A DNA stretch of 64,000 nucleotides from Marsupella aquatica (Eukaryota; Plantae; Marchantiophyta). The position numbers and the translations under genes were made by a program. Each line of letters begins with the position of its first letter. Position 1 is the first letter of the stretch. Location: contig OZ316891.1 of the NCBI GenBank assembly GCA_973895155.1, forward strand, positions 15,997,037 to 16,061,036. Direction: 5' to 3'. The notes under the pieces were generated by a model that saw nothing but the letters and a program-made list of their open reading frames with translations, did not search any database and was not told the DNA's origin. Below, one piece after another: positions 1 through 13,060 of the stretch.

Positions 1-141
1 AGCAGCGCTCATCAAAAGTCACTGACATAATCAAGCTGGTGGAGAGAAAATACAGAATGCCAATGGAAAATAACACCAGCGCCGGGCGCTAACCAAACTG
101 CACAAAAATCAAGAAATAAATGGACACCAACATCTGTGGCG

Positions 142-2367
142 CTAAACAAAAAGACACCTAAATATCCAAACTAGTGAAGGGAAATACGGAATGCCAATGA
201 AAAATAGAAGAATTTCACGTTTATTCCTGGATCTCGTTGATGGGCTGGTTACTCCAATGTCTACTTTTGCTTTCGCCCGGGGTTTTTGACTCCTGTCTAC
301 ATGCAAAACTTCTGTTTCGCAATGTTTCTGTAGCTCGCTCGCCGAGGCATCTACATCTTCCGATAAACCTTGTTTCATTTCAGAGAGAACTTTCCAAGGG
401 ACTAAAGACTTTGATAATTTCAGAAATGCATCCTTTTCAGCTTCATCGAAAGGGGTGTCCCACTTATCTGTGTCAAGATACCATGGATAGTGGGTTATCT
501 CCCACAATGAAATGTCACGTGGTGGAACGTCCCCTTCGGCAGGGTACATTGAGTAAACTTCGCTAAAAGCATCCCCCTCTAGAACGGACCATTTTTGGAA
601 TGCAGGAGGGTAAGCCCAAAAATACTCTGGAGAACTGGTCTCCATCGCCATGTAGAAGCGATACAGATATCTCTTGGCTCGCTTCTGGTTGCGAATGGTA
701 TAGTCTTCCTTGTCTCCGTACTTGGACTGCCAAATTGTGCTAAAAAACTTTGCCTTCACTGTTTCACCGTATGTCTTGAAATCATTGGTGATGTTCAAGA
801 CCAAAGCTTCAAACGTCTCCACTCCTCCTAGCGTCAGACGATCAGCAGGTAGGATCGACTGGACTTGCGAAAGAGATGTCTGTAACATTGAAATTGCAAT
901 TCCTTCCACCAAACTCCACATGTGCCATGTATGACACCACTGTTTAACAAGGTCATCATTCACACTCGGGGGATGGTAAAATTGTTTTCTGAGCTCGGGT
1001 GTACAGTGAGCAACAAGAAGAGTACAGCGCAGTTGTGGATCCAAGTAGGAGACAGCAGTGAATAGATGCGCGCGGTCCATTGTACATACTACAGAGTCCG
1101 ACTTCTTTTCTCGTTTGTTCCTCTCCGTAAGAATGTACATTTCTGCACAAGTTGACAGAAAATCACCAAACTCTGGGCTTATCAGGGGGTAATCTTGGAT
1201 GTCTTTATGCTCCACTCCTTCGTTGCCTCCTTCATCATGGCAGCATACCGCTTACCAGTCTCTTCAGATGACCACGGGCGACCTTGACTTGTCGCAGCAG
1301 CCAAGTCAAGCTTAAATTGAAGTGAATACGACTTAATCTTGTTTTCACACAAGATGTAAACCAATGCTTCCAATGGCATCTGCTTGGTATACCAAGACCC
1401 CTTTCTTGTTTTGGCACGAACAGTTTGAAATCGCTTGAAGCTTCCGGGGTCGATGATCGGCTTTGTAGGCCTCCAAGTCATGAGTTAAAATCCGATTGAT
1501 TCTATCAGCATCGAGAATCCACAATGGTTCCACCACAGCTTGCCCAAACCTGTAAGGTATAATGGCAAATATTAGTGCCTGGCCGTAACTAACTTTGCAA
1601 AAATCAAGCGCAATCGACCAAATTCAATAGCGTTTATGCAACTTGAGGAATACTTACTGGTTCACCATGTGCATAGCTGCTTCAAGCTCAACTAGAGAAC
1701 CCTGATCTCCCTTAAAAATAGTGCATTGAACACGCGGATGGTACTTGATATTGTCTGGATTCTCATTTGTTACTTGGGTCCACGAGTAGAGTCGATGATT
1801 CCCATCAAAAACACAGAACATCTTATCCTTTAGAATGTGGAAATCTGGATCAGTAGCACATTCTGCTTCAAACAAGTTGTTCTGGGCAACCCAAACAGCA
1901 TCCCATGTCTCCCGAATTTCAGGTGTGCAGAATTGAACGACTCCTTCTGAATCCGTGGGCTGGACGTAAAACCGCATCCCAATTGAAGAGTTGTATCCAG
2001 AGCTCCGAAACGAATCCTTGAGCTTATCGATAGATGCACTATTTTTTTGTAAAGTCCAAACGATTTCCATGTGAACAAGCCGACAAAGAGGGATACGCGG
2101 CGGCTCTTTCTTCTCCCCTCTGAAATCGACTCCAAATGACATTGCGTATTTCTCAATCACAGCATCCATGGACAGGACTCCCTTGCCACCGTCCTCCATC
2201 GCAAAATCTCCGTATGACTCCATGATGCCTCGTTTTGGCTTTGAAATCGACTGACTAATGTTTCGCAAAGAGTTCGACGCAGACGAACGAGTGACTCTCC
2301 GAGTATAAACTGATCCGGAGAATGAGGACTCAGATGTTTCAGAATGGCCAGGAGAATGATTCTCCAT
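142..2367 (-). pseudogene. ParB/Srx-like N-terminal domain protein, spliced and frameshifted
   Basis: Exon 2367-1658 has FCVFDGNHRLYSW (DGxHR-type ParB/Srx motif). A GT-AG intron at 1657-1550 joins it in frame to FGQAVVEPLW. The downstream ORFs 1345-1536, 1182-1481 and 142-1215 overlap in different frames, indicating frameshifts. Confidence 0.6.
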
Positions 2368-3600
2368 GTTTGTTTAAGATGCACACACGGGGAACCCGCA
2401 CCTCAACGTGCTTCTTGCGTGATGCAATGTTTCTTGTGGTGTTGTACCGATATGGACGAATGATTGACAACGATCCTAAATGTGCGCAGAGGTCGTTCTA
2501 ACGATCAAGGAAGACACTATCACAAGAAGATCTTATCTGATATACCCTGTGGCAGACCGACATGTATCACAAGTACACATCGAAAAGCATGAGCATCCAA
2601 AAGCAGACCTACTAAAGGTTGACACTTGTCACATTTTAACTAGTTTATAGGTACTCATGAATATATTTATCCAGGAATTCGTTATAAATTGTAACGATAA
2701 ACGGTCAAAGTTACCGTTTAAAAACACTGTTTATGTCAGTATTCTACTTCGATCTAATATTAGCGCCTGGCGCTATTATTATGCTAGACTAAAATATATC
2801 TTAAAATGAAGGATTTTAATAATAGCGCCTGGCGCTAGTAACATTGTACTAAAAAATCATGCGAATGATTGGACTGAAGCGAGAAAGATTTTGTAATAAA
2901 CGGCTTCTATTTCTATAAAGAATATGAAAGTGCCAGGCGCTATTTTTTTTTTAGTCTCAAATAGGGAAAAAATGTGTAGATTTCAATAATAGCGCCCGGC
3001 GCTAGTAACGAGACACCTCAAAATGGTAGATGTTTGGACACGAAATGTGTAAGTTTCTATAAATAATGTACGAGTACATCTTGACATTTTAAAGAAATTT
3101 TATGATAGCGCCTGGCGCTATTATTGTGATAGCTTCTACTCGATCTCAAATGGATCGATTTTAATATAAGTAGAGGGTAATATTGTCGTCTGACATAAAT
3201 AAGGGGCTATTTCCATGGAAACCCGATATATTTCCAAGGAAACCCGAAACCTGTCGTAGAATGTTAACCTGTGTCAGTAACCAAAATGGCCGATGATCTT
3301 TGCTTTTGTTGTTCATTTTTTGGGCTCTTTCAGATGTGGAAAACGCTAGCGCCTGGCGCTACTATATTACCCCTTTGGTTACAATGTCAAAACCATTAAT
3401 TCTCCAGTAACTATCCGCCAAATATATGGTTTTGTCGTTTCTTGAACGGTAAGAAAATCCGTACCCAACGGATCCTATAACCGCTCGATGGCTCTTTCCG
3501 TTTGAGACTTGGATTTAGAAGAAACCCTCAACCATCCAAACTAGTTTCATTTTACAATGTATCATTATTTTATGTAGTCGGTTATCTTTGGGGAGTTAGA

Positions 3601-6600
3601 ATGTCTCGCATTATTGGAATAATGTGTCCGAATATAGGTGACGTTGTGACGATCCCTGTGTCGATTTCCAAAACCAAGAAACGTGTTAGTCATAATTACC
3701 TGTGTGGAAGATTTGGGGTGACGAGAAAACATATTTTGAGTATCAGAACTTTGAACGATGGGCCCGCTCATTTTGATACTGAAGCGGAGGACGTTGTTTG
3801 GAATCTCGAATATGGCGTGGAGTACTTGATTTTCATTCAACTAAGGGACATCGTTTATGTCAAGGTGGAGACGCATCAGGTTGCTCACGATGTGATTGAC
3901 CTTACGTCCGACGCTAAATGCTCTGAGGGTTCTCCACCAATCTCAAAGGGCGGTGAGGTCAATAAGGAGGGCGAAAGTACCAGTTTGTTGACGCCCCAGG
4001 TACTCCCCGTATTGATTGCGTCAGAGAAGTCTGATGATGGAGACACTCTAACTCGTCCTGTTCTGGTTGTGTACAGAAGAAGCGCACTTGATGCCTTGTT
4101 GAAGTCAACTGGACAAAGTGAGTTATCGCGCTTTGTTAGGTCTGAGGCATTCATTCACAAACAGGTTGAATGCTTACCTATAGAGTACAATGGGAATACC
4201 ATATTTGAGCTTCCACTTGTTGAAGGTGTTGGCTCGAAAGGGGATCGTCTACGAAACATGGATCGATGCAAGGACTGCTACCTCTAGACTAGAATCCTTC
4301 CTACTTCTGCTAATGTCGTTCCAAAGAAGATGTGGGAGTTTGGGAAAGTAAGCTGTAGTGGTTCTCTTGAATGCCGAAATAGAGCATGTGAGTTTTACAC
4401 CAGGACTCAAGTCAGAAACTGTAATGGATGGGATGGGACCCCCAAGCTCTCTGGTCAGCATTGTCCTGGGAGGTTTATCGATGCTGGAGGAATTGTTTGT
4501 CGCTATTGCCTTCAAGTTCCATTTTGTGTTGAGTCTTGTCCAGCAAAACTGTTTTATATGTACCCGCAAGTTTTGATCGAAAATGACACTGCAAAACACA
4601 TGTCACGACTTGCAATCCATATGGGAGTGCACAACCATCCATGTCGGAAGGTCTGGTCTAGAAGTGCTAAGAAAACAGCAATAGAAGAAATACGGAGACA
4701 ACATGAGAAGTCTCCTTCTACACCGTGCGTTTTGAAAAATGAGATCACTGGATCTTTAATGGATGCCGTAGGTGAGTCTATGGATGACATTTCAAAGCTA
4801 GAAGAATCAGAAATCTGGAAATCACTTATGCTCATTTCAACGCCTCAGAAGTTTTCTGCGTTATTTAAGAGCATTCGCAAAGATCAGGTTGGTCGAGGTG
4901 ATTTGGAATATCTGGTTTGCATGCAGAAGAATGTTACGTTTCCTTTTCTCCAAAGATATCTTCTTCCTGGGCAGGGCTGTAAAGGTGATAGAGCGCATAT
5001 TTTCAAAATGACTATCAAAGGTCATGGATCAGGAGTAGATTTACTGCGTCAGATGAAGAAAGGGGGGCCTCTAGAAGGAGCATGGGTGAGCTTTGACGTG
5101 ATGAAAAGGATGTCGAAAGAATGGAGTACTTTTAGTGCACATGTGTATGACCATAACTATCGAGCTTTGTGCACAATATTTACTTGTGAACTCAAAGCAG
5201 AGGACACTGCATCGCTTGAGAAAGCTTGGAGGTTGATGATCGAAGTCGCTTTGGAGAACGGTTTAAACGGTGTGGAAATCCATGGTTTCATGGCGGATAA
5301 CGCTCAGGCGGGATGGATAGCGGTTAGGAATGTCTTCTTTGACGGCCATCCAAACCCGGAGAGAGAGCGATCGGATGCATTCCACTTTTATCAGTCTTTG
5401 CATCGGCACTCTATCGAAGGAGTACTTGACAAAAAACGTGTTGAACATCGAATCCTTTGGGACAAACTGTTGCGGAATGCCGCTTCATTTGTGGAAGCCT
5501 ACAGGGTATCACGAGAGATTGATTCATGGTGGAGATCTGGAAATTGTATTCCTGGGAAACTTAGAATGTTGCAAGGATGGATCGCTTGGTGGGTTGTGAG
5601 GTGGCGTCAGTGGGGAAATTTCATACGTTTGGTGAGTCAATGTATACTAGCGCCTGGCGCTAGTATTAATATCCCTTTTCTAATTGTGATATTTACTGAT
5701 GTTTTTGCCAGCGTCTGGCGCTAACGTACGAATAGCTTGATAGCTTCTTCAATCTTCACAATAATCATGAAAACATTCATACCTTTCGTCCGCCCATTTT
5801 GAAGTTCCGCTTTATTTTTTATTCGCTATATTGTACTGAATTTGACAAAACTCTTTTTCAGAGCAAAAGTGCACTTGAAGGGGGGATGATTCCCAATTGC
5901 ACTGGTTCTGAAGCTGTTCACGGAATCATGAAAGCATGGCAGGGAAAGAAAACAGTTGGTTTGTTCGAAGGATGTAAGACCGATCACAACAGAGCAATCT
6001 CACAAATAGCAGCCTATACAGCATATCGTGAAGGGCTCCATCGGGGTACCGGTCCAACAGTGTTTGAATTGGCTTTTCGTTTGGCTGACCAAGCAGGGTC
6101 CCCGAAACTCTTCGAAGAAGCCTCTAATATGTTACTCGCAAATGCAGCAAAATTTGATTTGGAGAGGGATTCTCCATTGAATGGGGATTTTGTGACGAAG
6201 TCTATGAAAAGAAAAGGTCCGGCGACCAGGAATGTCTCTCCACAAGACTCCCATCGACATGACACGGTTCTCATAACTACGCCAAACACCCGAGGTTGCA
6301 AGAGGAGAAATTTGACCTCAGCCGAGTTTGAGCACATTCTGATACTTAGAACTCCTCCTTCGAATCCAGCTATCGATTTGTCTGAAAGTGGCTCTCCAGT
6401 TTCCCATCATGTCACTCAATCTTCCGAAGTTCCAGAAAGTGTTCCAAACACCACTCCATTCATTCCTGTAGACACTTCGCTTTTTGAAGTGGATGTTGTA
6501 CCCGGGTCGTGGCATTTGCGGAGAGTTTCCAGACACGGTGCTGGACCTCAGTGTAATGGGACGTTGTTTGGAAGTTGTGATCAAGATGAGTGTTGTAATC

Positions 6601-7355
6601 GAATTAAGAAGGTCGGATATCCTTCAAATGCAGGGGTTGTCGGAATAGTCGTCAAAGGTTACCGCTTATTTAGAGGTGAACACCATCCAGAGCTTGTCTG
6701 GTTCTGCCCCACTCGTGATTGCTGGAAGAGCCGCCCTCGTCAAGGTATTGTGAACCTCCCTACTTGCCCAGACTTTTTGCCAGTACAGAAAGGCACTCGT
6801 CTTTCAAGTCTGGAGTTGAATTTCCTTCACGAGCAGGGAATTGAAGTCTCGAGAGGAGGTGCTATTTCACGTTGTCCTTCTCCATTTGAACTGAGAATCA
6901 ACATTGACGTTTTCCCTGAAAAGATCGATCTTGCACAAGTCAACATCCATTTTCAAACAAGAAACGGGCGTGCGATGATCTCCAGATCAAATCTCACTCA
7001 GGAATATCATAAAAGGATTGAATCAGCAACGAAAAAAACAATGACTTTGATCAAAACTATGGAAGTTTCATCAGGAAATTCATACGGAAAACAATTCCAG
7101 ATACGCACACATGCACATTTACGAACTGCAAATACTTATTCGGTGCAGATTTGCATTTTCCCTTGTTGCTCTTGTGAAGATTTCTTTCGTCGACATTCTC
7201 GAGGGAAACCTTTCATGCCATGTAAACACTTGTACTGGGTTTACAAAGTTATCTGCAAGCTTGATCCTGTGGACAATATCCTCCCAAGCCAACCGATTCT
7301 TACCATTGCGGAACTGCGTTATATTCTAGCGAGGCAGAATGCTGATGGTTTATAG
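3601..7355 (+). pseudogene. MULE-type DDE transposase with N-terminal WRKY/GCM-like Zn domain and C-terminal SWIM finger; 2 exons, one premature stop
   Basis: ORFs 3502-4287 and 4330-5724 are in one frame across a TAG at 4285. A phase-0 GT-AG intron at 5632-5861 joins the 5799-7355 frame. Motifs: C-rich...GVHNHP, WVSFD, FMADNA, DAFH, TGSEAVHG, and CSCEDF-x-CKHL (SWIM). Confidence 0.8.
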
Positions 7356-8168
7356 GAAGGCTTAGTATTCTTGTTTACGTTCAACGGGTATGTTGGACTT
7401 GTCGTTTTGTAACGGTAACCTTGTTTTGGTTAGCGCCCGGTGCTAGTAAACAACATTTGGTTTCTTTTCAACACGGCTCAATGTTTTGTGGGTTGCACAA
7501 AAAACTAAATTTGTTTTTACAATTTTACGGATGTGTAAATTTCATTGTACGGGTCACTTGGACTTCAATTTTGTCACTTGGACTTCAGTTTTGTTAGCGC
7601 CCGGCGCTAGACTTCATTTCCTTACTTGGTTTCAGTTTGTAGTTTCCAGGTCTGAACGTGTGGATTTCTTTCGCATGCATTTTCGAGGATGACCTTTTCT
7701 TGCCTTAGAAACCGTTATCCTCTGATCATTCCGGTAGATGTTGAGCGGGTATTTTGTTAATGATATTTTGTAACGGTATCGAACGCTTGGTTAGGACTAA
7801 GCGCTAGTAAAGGCATCTTCCGATAATTGTCGTTTTCCCCATCTTTTTGAGTTGATGTTGAATTTGACCTCTTTGGTTTGGGTCAAAATTAAGCCGTTTT
7901 TTGTCAATGATAGTACAAATTCTCTTGTTTTGTTCAACTATTTTTCCTGTTATGATCATCACTGTTTCCTGTTTCTTGTCACGGAGGTCGGGCCCTCCTA
8001 AAACTAGAAGTTGACGCGACCTCCTCCACTTAGACACCTGTAAATGAACAATTCGATTCTCATATTATGCAATTGCAAACAACCACGCGACCGGGCGCGT
8101 CACTCCCAAAATATAAAGTTCAATTTCAATCAATTTATAAATAATAATTGATAATAAACAATAAACGT

Positions 8169-8939
8169 TTACTTATTGGACTTATCCCGGGCTTCTATAG
8201 CACGGTCTTTTTCGGCAAATAAGTATTTCATAAATTCGTCAAACTTTTCTAAATGGTCTTTATTCCCCTGATTACGAATGATCACATTTCTCCTCCAATG
8301 ATTCATCTTATCAATATAATCTCTCTCAAGATTTTCTTGAGAGAACGTTGGAATCCCATATCCACTAAGGAGCTCGTGGAATGTCAACTTGTCAATTGAC
8401 ATGTCGCATAGATATGGATATAGTTTCTTTCTAAAAAATAGGTCATCATCGAGCCCAGAATATGCATCGGGATACAACGATGAATAGAAGTCATTAAGGC
8501 TCGTCTTATACGCAGCATCATCGATAAGAATGACATTCTCGATGTTGTAATCTTTAATATCGGCGGCAATGTTGGAGAGACATTTGACAAATAAGGGGAT
8601 GTCATTATTATTCTTTCCAATAAGTTGAGTTGATTCTTGTCCCCATATAAATTTAATACGTTTCAAAACTTCGGGTCGAAGTATCAGCCTTACACAAGAT
8701 AGAATATTCCGTTTGAACATGCACGACCAGATCGCAATATCGTATAGATCTGCCACCTTCTCAAGAAATTCCATGAAATCAGGCCTTGGATAGATAACCT
8801 TGTGCATCTGTCTCACACCCCATGACCGAATGGGCATCCCAGGGCTGATCTTCTCTGACCAGATAAGTACCCGATTCAGATTGAAAATTACAAGTCTCTT
8901 TTGAACCGGTGACTTCTTTGCCGATGGATCAGGCGCCAT
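8169..8939 (-). CDS. FCP1/NIF-family HAD phosphatase-like domain (C-terminal part of the giant gene)
   Basis: KRLVIFNLNRVL (degenerate DxDxT/DLNG motif I), YPRPDFMEFL, YDIAIWS, FIWGQE, FVKCL, NVILIDDA. Confidence 0.8.
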   Translation of the reverse strand: MAPDPSAKKSPVQKRLVIFNLNRVLIWSEKISPGMPIRSWGVRQMHKVIYPRPDFMEFLEKVADLYDIAIWSCMFKRNILSCVRLILRPEVLKRIKFIWGQESTQLIGKNNNDIPLFVKCLSNIAADIKDYNIENVILIDDAAYKTSLNDFYSSLYPDAYSGLDDDLFFRKKLYPYLCDMSIDKLTFHELLSGYGIPTFSQENLERDYIDKMNHWRRNVIIRNQGNKDHLEKFDEFMKYLFAEKDRAIEARDKSNK

Positions 8940-9160
8940 CTATACCTGTGATGTTTGTGCCGCAGGGTTTGGAGAACATACTAGAACGATCTGTTTGTTT
9001 CCCACCTCCGAACGGTCACCGGACTTCCGGACTGGTGCCTTCGATACTCGATCAGGGGGTTTCAGGATAGGCTTCTGTAAAACATTAAGAAATGAAAATA
9101 AGTTTATAACGCGAACAGTCACGTGACTACAAAGAGAGACACTGAAATGAAGTGTATTAC

Positions 9161-9949
9161 CTGTACAAGACGGTTATTTAGTGTTGGAATTCTGCCAGAA
9201 ATGTCAATCATAGCAGCACGGATCCCGGTAACTAGGTTACTTAGGGACGTCGGCTTGCGGAAGTCCATGTCAAATAACGACAAGACTATCTCCCTACGGA
9301 ATTTCTCAATTTGATCCGCGGCAAAATTAATTTTGTTTCCTTGACACAAGCACTTGGCGTATCTCAAGATAAACACACCACAACTGTGGCCGTCACTCTG
9401 GTGAGGAATATCATTCCGATATATCCGTTCCCAACCTAAGAGATCCAAGTTGACACCAGTTCTCCAGCCAATTTCGTCGGCGTAGTACTTCCCAACAATA
9501 TCTAACACCCCAGGATTTTGTTGATTATGAACTAGAGAATCTAGGTACTCGAGCCGTTTCTCCTTCGGATACACAACTACCAATGACCAATGTTCTTTCA
9601 CAGCATTGTGTACTGGAAAGACCAGTTTGTCGTATTCACTGATTTTTAGCGGAAACTCCTTTGTCCAAGCTGCTCTCTCCTCATCGAAAATGGTAGGATC
9701 CATGGAGAGAAGCTCAAAATGGTGTGTTTGGAAGAATTTGACAAGGTCTGACTTTCCAACTCTATCGAGAATCAGTTCGAGAAAACTCAAATAAGCGTTA
9801 ATTATATCATCGGTGAGCAACTCGCGCTGTCTCAGACACATCATATGTTTCCTCTTGATCGAGTGTTGTAAGAACTTGGTCAATAGCTCTTCCATATCCT
9901 TAGAAGGATCAAGGCATTGATCTATTCGACTAGCCAAATTTTCAAAAAA
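9161..9949 (-). CDS. ULP1/SENP SUMO-protease (peptidase C48) domain exon
   Basis: LTDDIINAYL, VFPVH...EHWSLVV, YLDSL, PHQSDGHSCGVF; the His-Asp-Cys triad and oxyanion Gln are intact. Confidence 0.92.
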
Positions 9950-10974
9950 CTGCAAAAAACAGAGATTTCAGTACGCCTTCAAATAACGTACTGAGGTTGT
10001 AGCCTAAGGGTTCTACCTCAGAAAACAGAAACAATAACAAATCAATAATAAAATAATGACGTCTATAATAGAAACTTTAAGCTTATAGCTTGCAAATGAC
10101 CTTTGGATTGGGTGGATCCGGCCTTTTCGCAGCTGATCTCTTGGGTGCCTCAATCGCAACAACATCCTTCAGCCCTCCTCGAGACCACAGTGATCGCTCC
10201 ACCGGACCAGTTTGTGAAGTTTGGAGCGATGAGGCGGGAAGACCTTCAAATGGTTGTGGCATTTGATTCAAATATTCCACAATCTGGGAATCCGATTCCA
10301 AAATATCCGGTGCCACAATTTCTGCGTGAGTGACCTCTGCAATATATCGGGGTCGAGACCACAAACCCGGTCGCGTCAAGTCAGCTATTAGTCTCTTAAC
10401 GACTTGAGCCGAGTCTGGTGCCAAAGACGTTCCCAGGTCTTGCACTCGATTCTCGGAAAAGCGAACATTATTGATGATTGTCTCCATTCTGGATGCAATG
10501 GCAGTCTTCTCCTCGGTAATCAAAAGACCCTTCCAATATTGCAAAGCAAGGACTGCTTGGACTCGGAGCTGCTCCGGTGAATATTTATTCCAATCATCCA
10601 ACAAGACCATACTTAAGGGTGGATCGTTAAATTCAAACTCCGGGCGAAGAAAATAGTCTAATATTTTCTTCTTAACTACAACTGAGGGTGAAGGAAGAAG
10701 GCTTCTTCAAATTCAGCTTTGTTTTCGATAGACGTTGTGCCTCAGGAATAAGCAAAAGATCCTTGGCCCTCTCGGCCTCCTTCCTCGTTGCCTCCAGTCT
10801 TGCGGCTTCTTCTCTCTCCAGTCTTGCGGAATTGACCTTTTCCGCCTCCAACTTCTCCGCCTCCACCCTCTCCGGTCTTGCGGTCTCGTCCGCCATCCTC
10901 TCGGCCAGTAGCCTCTCAGCCGCCACACTCTCCGCCTTGGCCCTATTTGCCTGTCGCTAAAAGGACTCTCGCAG

Positions 10975-11440
10975 CCTCCACTTTCTCAGCCTGGGCTTTC
11001 TCAGCCTCCGCGTTCTCAGCCTTCGCTTTCTTGGCCTCCGCTTCCTCCGCCTCCGCTTTCTCAGCCTGGGCTTTCTCCGCCTCCGCTTTCTCAGCTTGGG
11101 CTTTCTCAGCCTCGGCTTTCTCAGTCTGGGCTTTCTCAGCCTCCGCTTTCTCAGCCTCGGCTTTCTCCACCTCCGCTTTCTCATCCTGGGCTTTCTCAGC
11201 CTTGGCTTTCTCCGCCTGGGCTTTCTCACCCTAGGCTTTCTCAGCCTGCGCTTTCTCAGCCTCGGCTTTCTCAGCCTCGGCTTTCTCAGCCTCGGCTTTC
11301 TCAGCCTCGGCTTTCTCCGCCTGGGCTTTCTCACCCTGGGCTTTCTCAGCCTGCGCTTTCTCAGCCTGGGCATTCTCAGCCTGGGATTTCTCAGCCTCGG
11401 CTTTCTCAGTCTAGGCTTTCTCAGCCTCGGCTTTCTCCTT
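10975..11440 (-). repeat. 15-bp coding tandem repeat (AEKAE/AEKAQ)n, coiled coil
   Basis: About 30 units of GCTTTCTCAGCCT(C/G)G on the + strand, adjacent to QEEAAR repeats and a D/E-rich tract. Confidence 0.9.
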
Positions 11441-12420
11441 CTTCTTTGCGGCAGTTGCTTTTCTAGCTGCCGCCTTTTTCTTCTTAGCCTCCTTCTTTTG
11501 AAGCTCCTCTTGCCGGGCCGCCTCTTGTCGGGATGCCTCCTCCTGCCGGGCCGCCTCCTTCTTTTGAAGCTCCTCTTGCCGGGCCGCCTCCTGCTGGGCC
11601 TCCTCCATCCGGGCCTCCTCCTGCCGGGCCGCCTCCTCTCTGGCCTCCTCCTGCCGGGCCACCTCCTCTTGGTCCACCTCATGTTGAGGCTCCTGTGTGG
11701 CCTCTTCATCAGAGTCCTCAGCGTCCTCAGAACCCTCCATCTCCTCGTCCTCTTCATCAGCGTCCTCAGCGTCCTTCATCTCCTCTTCGTCACTCTCTTC
11801 ATCTCCTCTATTGTCGGAATCTTCAACGTTGTTCTACGTATCGGTCATCCACTCTAGATCTTGGTCATTGACATCCCCATCCACGTCACCTTCCGCGTCA
11901 CCTTCCCCCTCACCATCCGCATCACCATTGCTCCCTGCATCCTCAACATCGAAGCCGCAGTCAACTTGATCTGAATAAAATCAGATCATTTGATAAGAAT
12001 GACTCACGCGCATATTCGCGTGAAAAGAAATGTTAAGAATGTCCACGCGCATGTTTGCGTGACGCAATAAAAAGTAAGAGGTTTCAAAAGTAACCTACCT
12101 TGGATTGGCCCACTAGGGTACTCCGTTGGTTGAATGTACAATCGATCAGAATCTTTAGAGAGTGCATACTCTTGCAATAATTGATTACAAATATTATCAG
12201 GGATATGTTATTCGCGGAGGACATCCAAAACATCAGCCCTGAGAGCAGTTACGGATGGACGGTACTTCATTAATTTATCTATACATTTTTCTATACTAGC
12301 CCGTACTGGGTCAATCAATGACAGCGTTGTATCAATTGTCGTCGTGGTATGTTGCAAGAAACAAGACAACTCCCTATGCGTTGTCACAGGGCAATAATAT
12401 TTTACATTGGATCCAGCATC

Positions 12421-13060
12421 CTGTAAAAAAAGCCGAAATTAGTTCACAATATTAATTGAGAATATAATAATCTAAATAATCTTAAAATCGAAACCCCAAA
12501 ATATAAATCTCAAAACTTACCATTAAGCACTGGATCAAGTTCGTTCCCTCACCAAAGCATATAGCCCATTCCCCACATTGGACAAATTGACTAACAATAC
12601 TTTCAAAGAATGGAAGTATCTTTTCTGGGGAAGGTGTCGTGAACTCGCCGCTCTCTTCAAAATTGGCTATCTTCTCAATCCGATATTTGGAGACCAATTG
12701 GAACTCGAGGGCTTGTGGATCGCCCATTGTGCTGAAGGCCAAGCTGTGAAAAGCGTAGGTTACAATAAGCTTCTTCTCCTTCGGCCGCTTCTGAATATAA
12801 TGGCTATCGACAGCAACGTAGTGTGTGTACTTCCCTAATTCCCGTTTGATTAAGTAAGACTCAATGGGAGAGGCTACAATAATAACCACATGGTGTGGTT
12901 TTGCCCCTATCTCGCTAGTAGCACGAAATAACCCCTCATAGAATGAGCAATTTGGCGGACGCAAATCTTCCATTGATGAGGGATCAAAATAAATCAAGCT
13001 TGCAAGGTTCTTGTCTTCACGTATGATACAGTCTGCAAACCCAGCATTTTGTATATCCTA
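12421..13060 (-). CDS. Degenerate beta-class N4C/N6A DNA methyltransferase-like domain (part of the giant gene)
   Basis: ASLIYFDPSS (compare DLIxTDPPY), GAKPHHVVII (compare LKPGGxxxI), and EKILPFFESIVSQFVQCGEWAICFGEGTNLIQCLM|DAGSNV (compare EKPxxLxxxxIxxxSxxGDxVLDPFxGSGTTxxAAxxLGR), in the beta-class motif order. Confidence 0.45.

Larger units (their letters stand above)
77..7609. repeat. Dispersed palindrome A, TAGCGCCNGGCGCTA (about 12 copies)
   Basis: Copies at 77, 1573 (degenerate), 2761, 2823, 2928, 2990, 3106, 3347, 5648, 5709, 7431 and 7595, all intronic or intergenic. Confidence 0.92.

Noticed and set aside
7804-8037. Separate 77-aa gene
   Set aside because: No motif and a GTG start at a splice acceptor; more likely a terminal exon or UTR of the giant gene.
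10878-11969. ORFs rich in RKPRL, LGFLS, AFSA or PPPAG
   Set aside because: Alternative-frame or antisense readings of the EKA/QEEAAR coding repeat.
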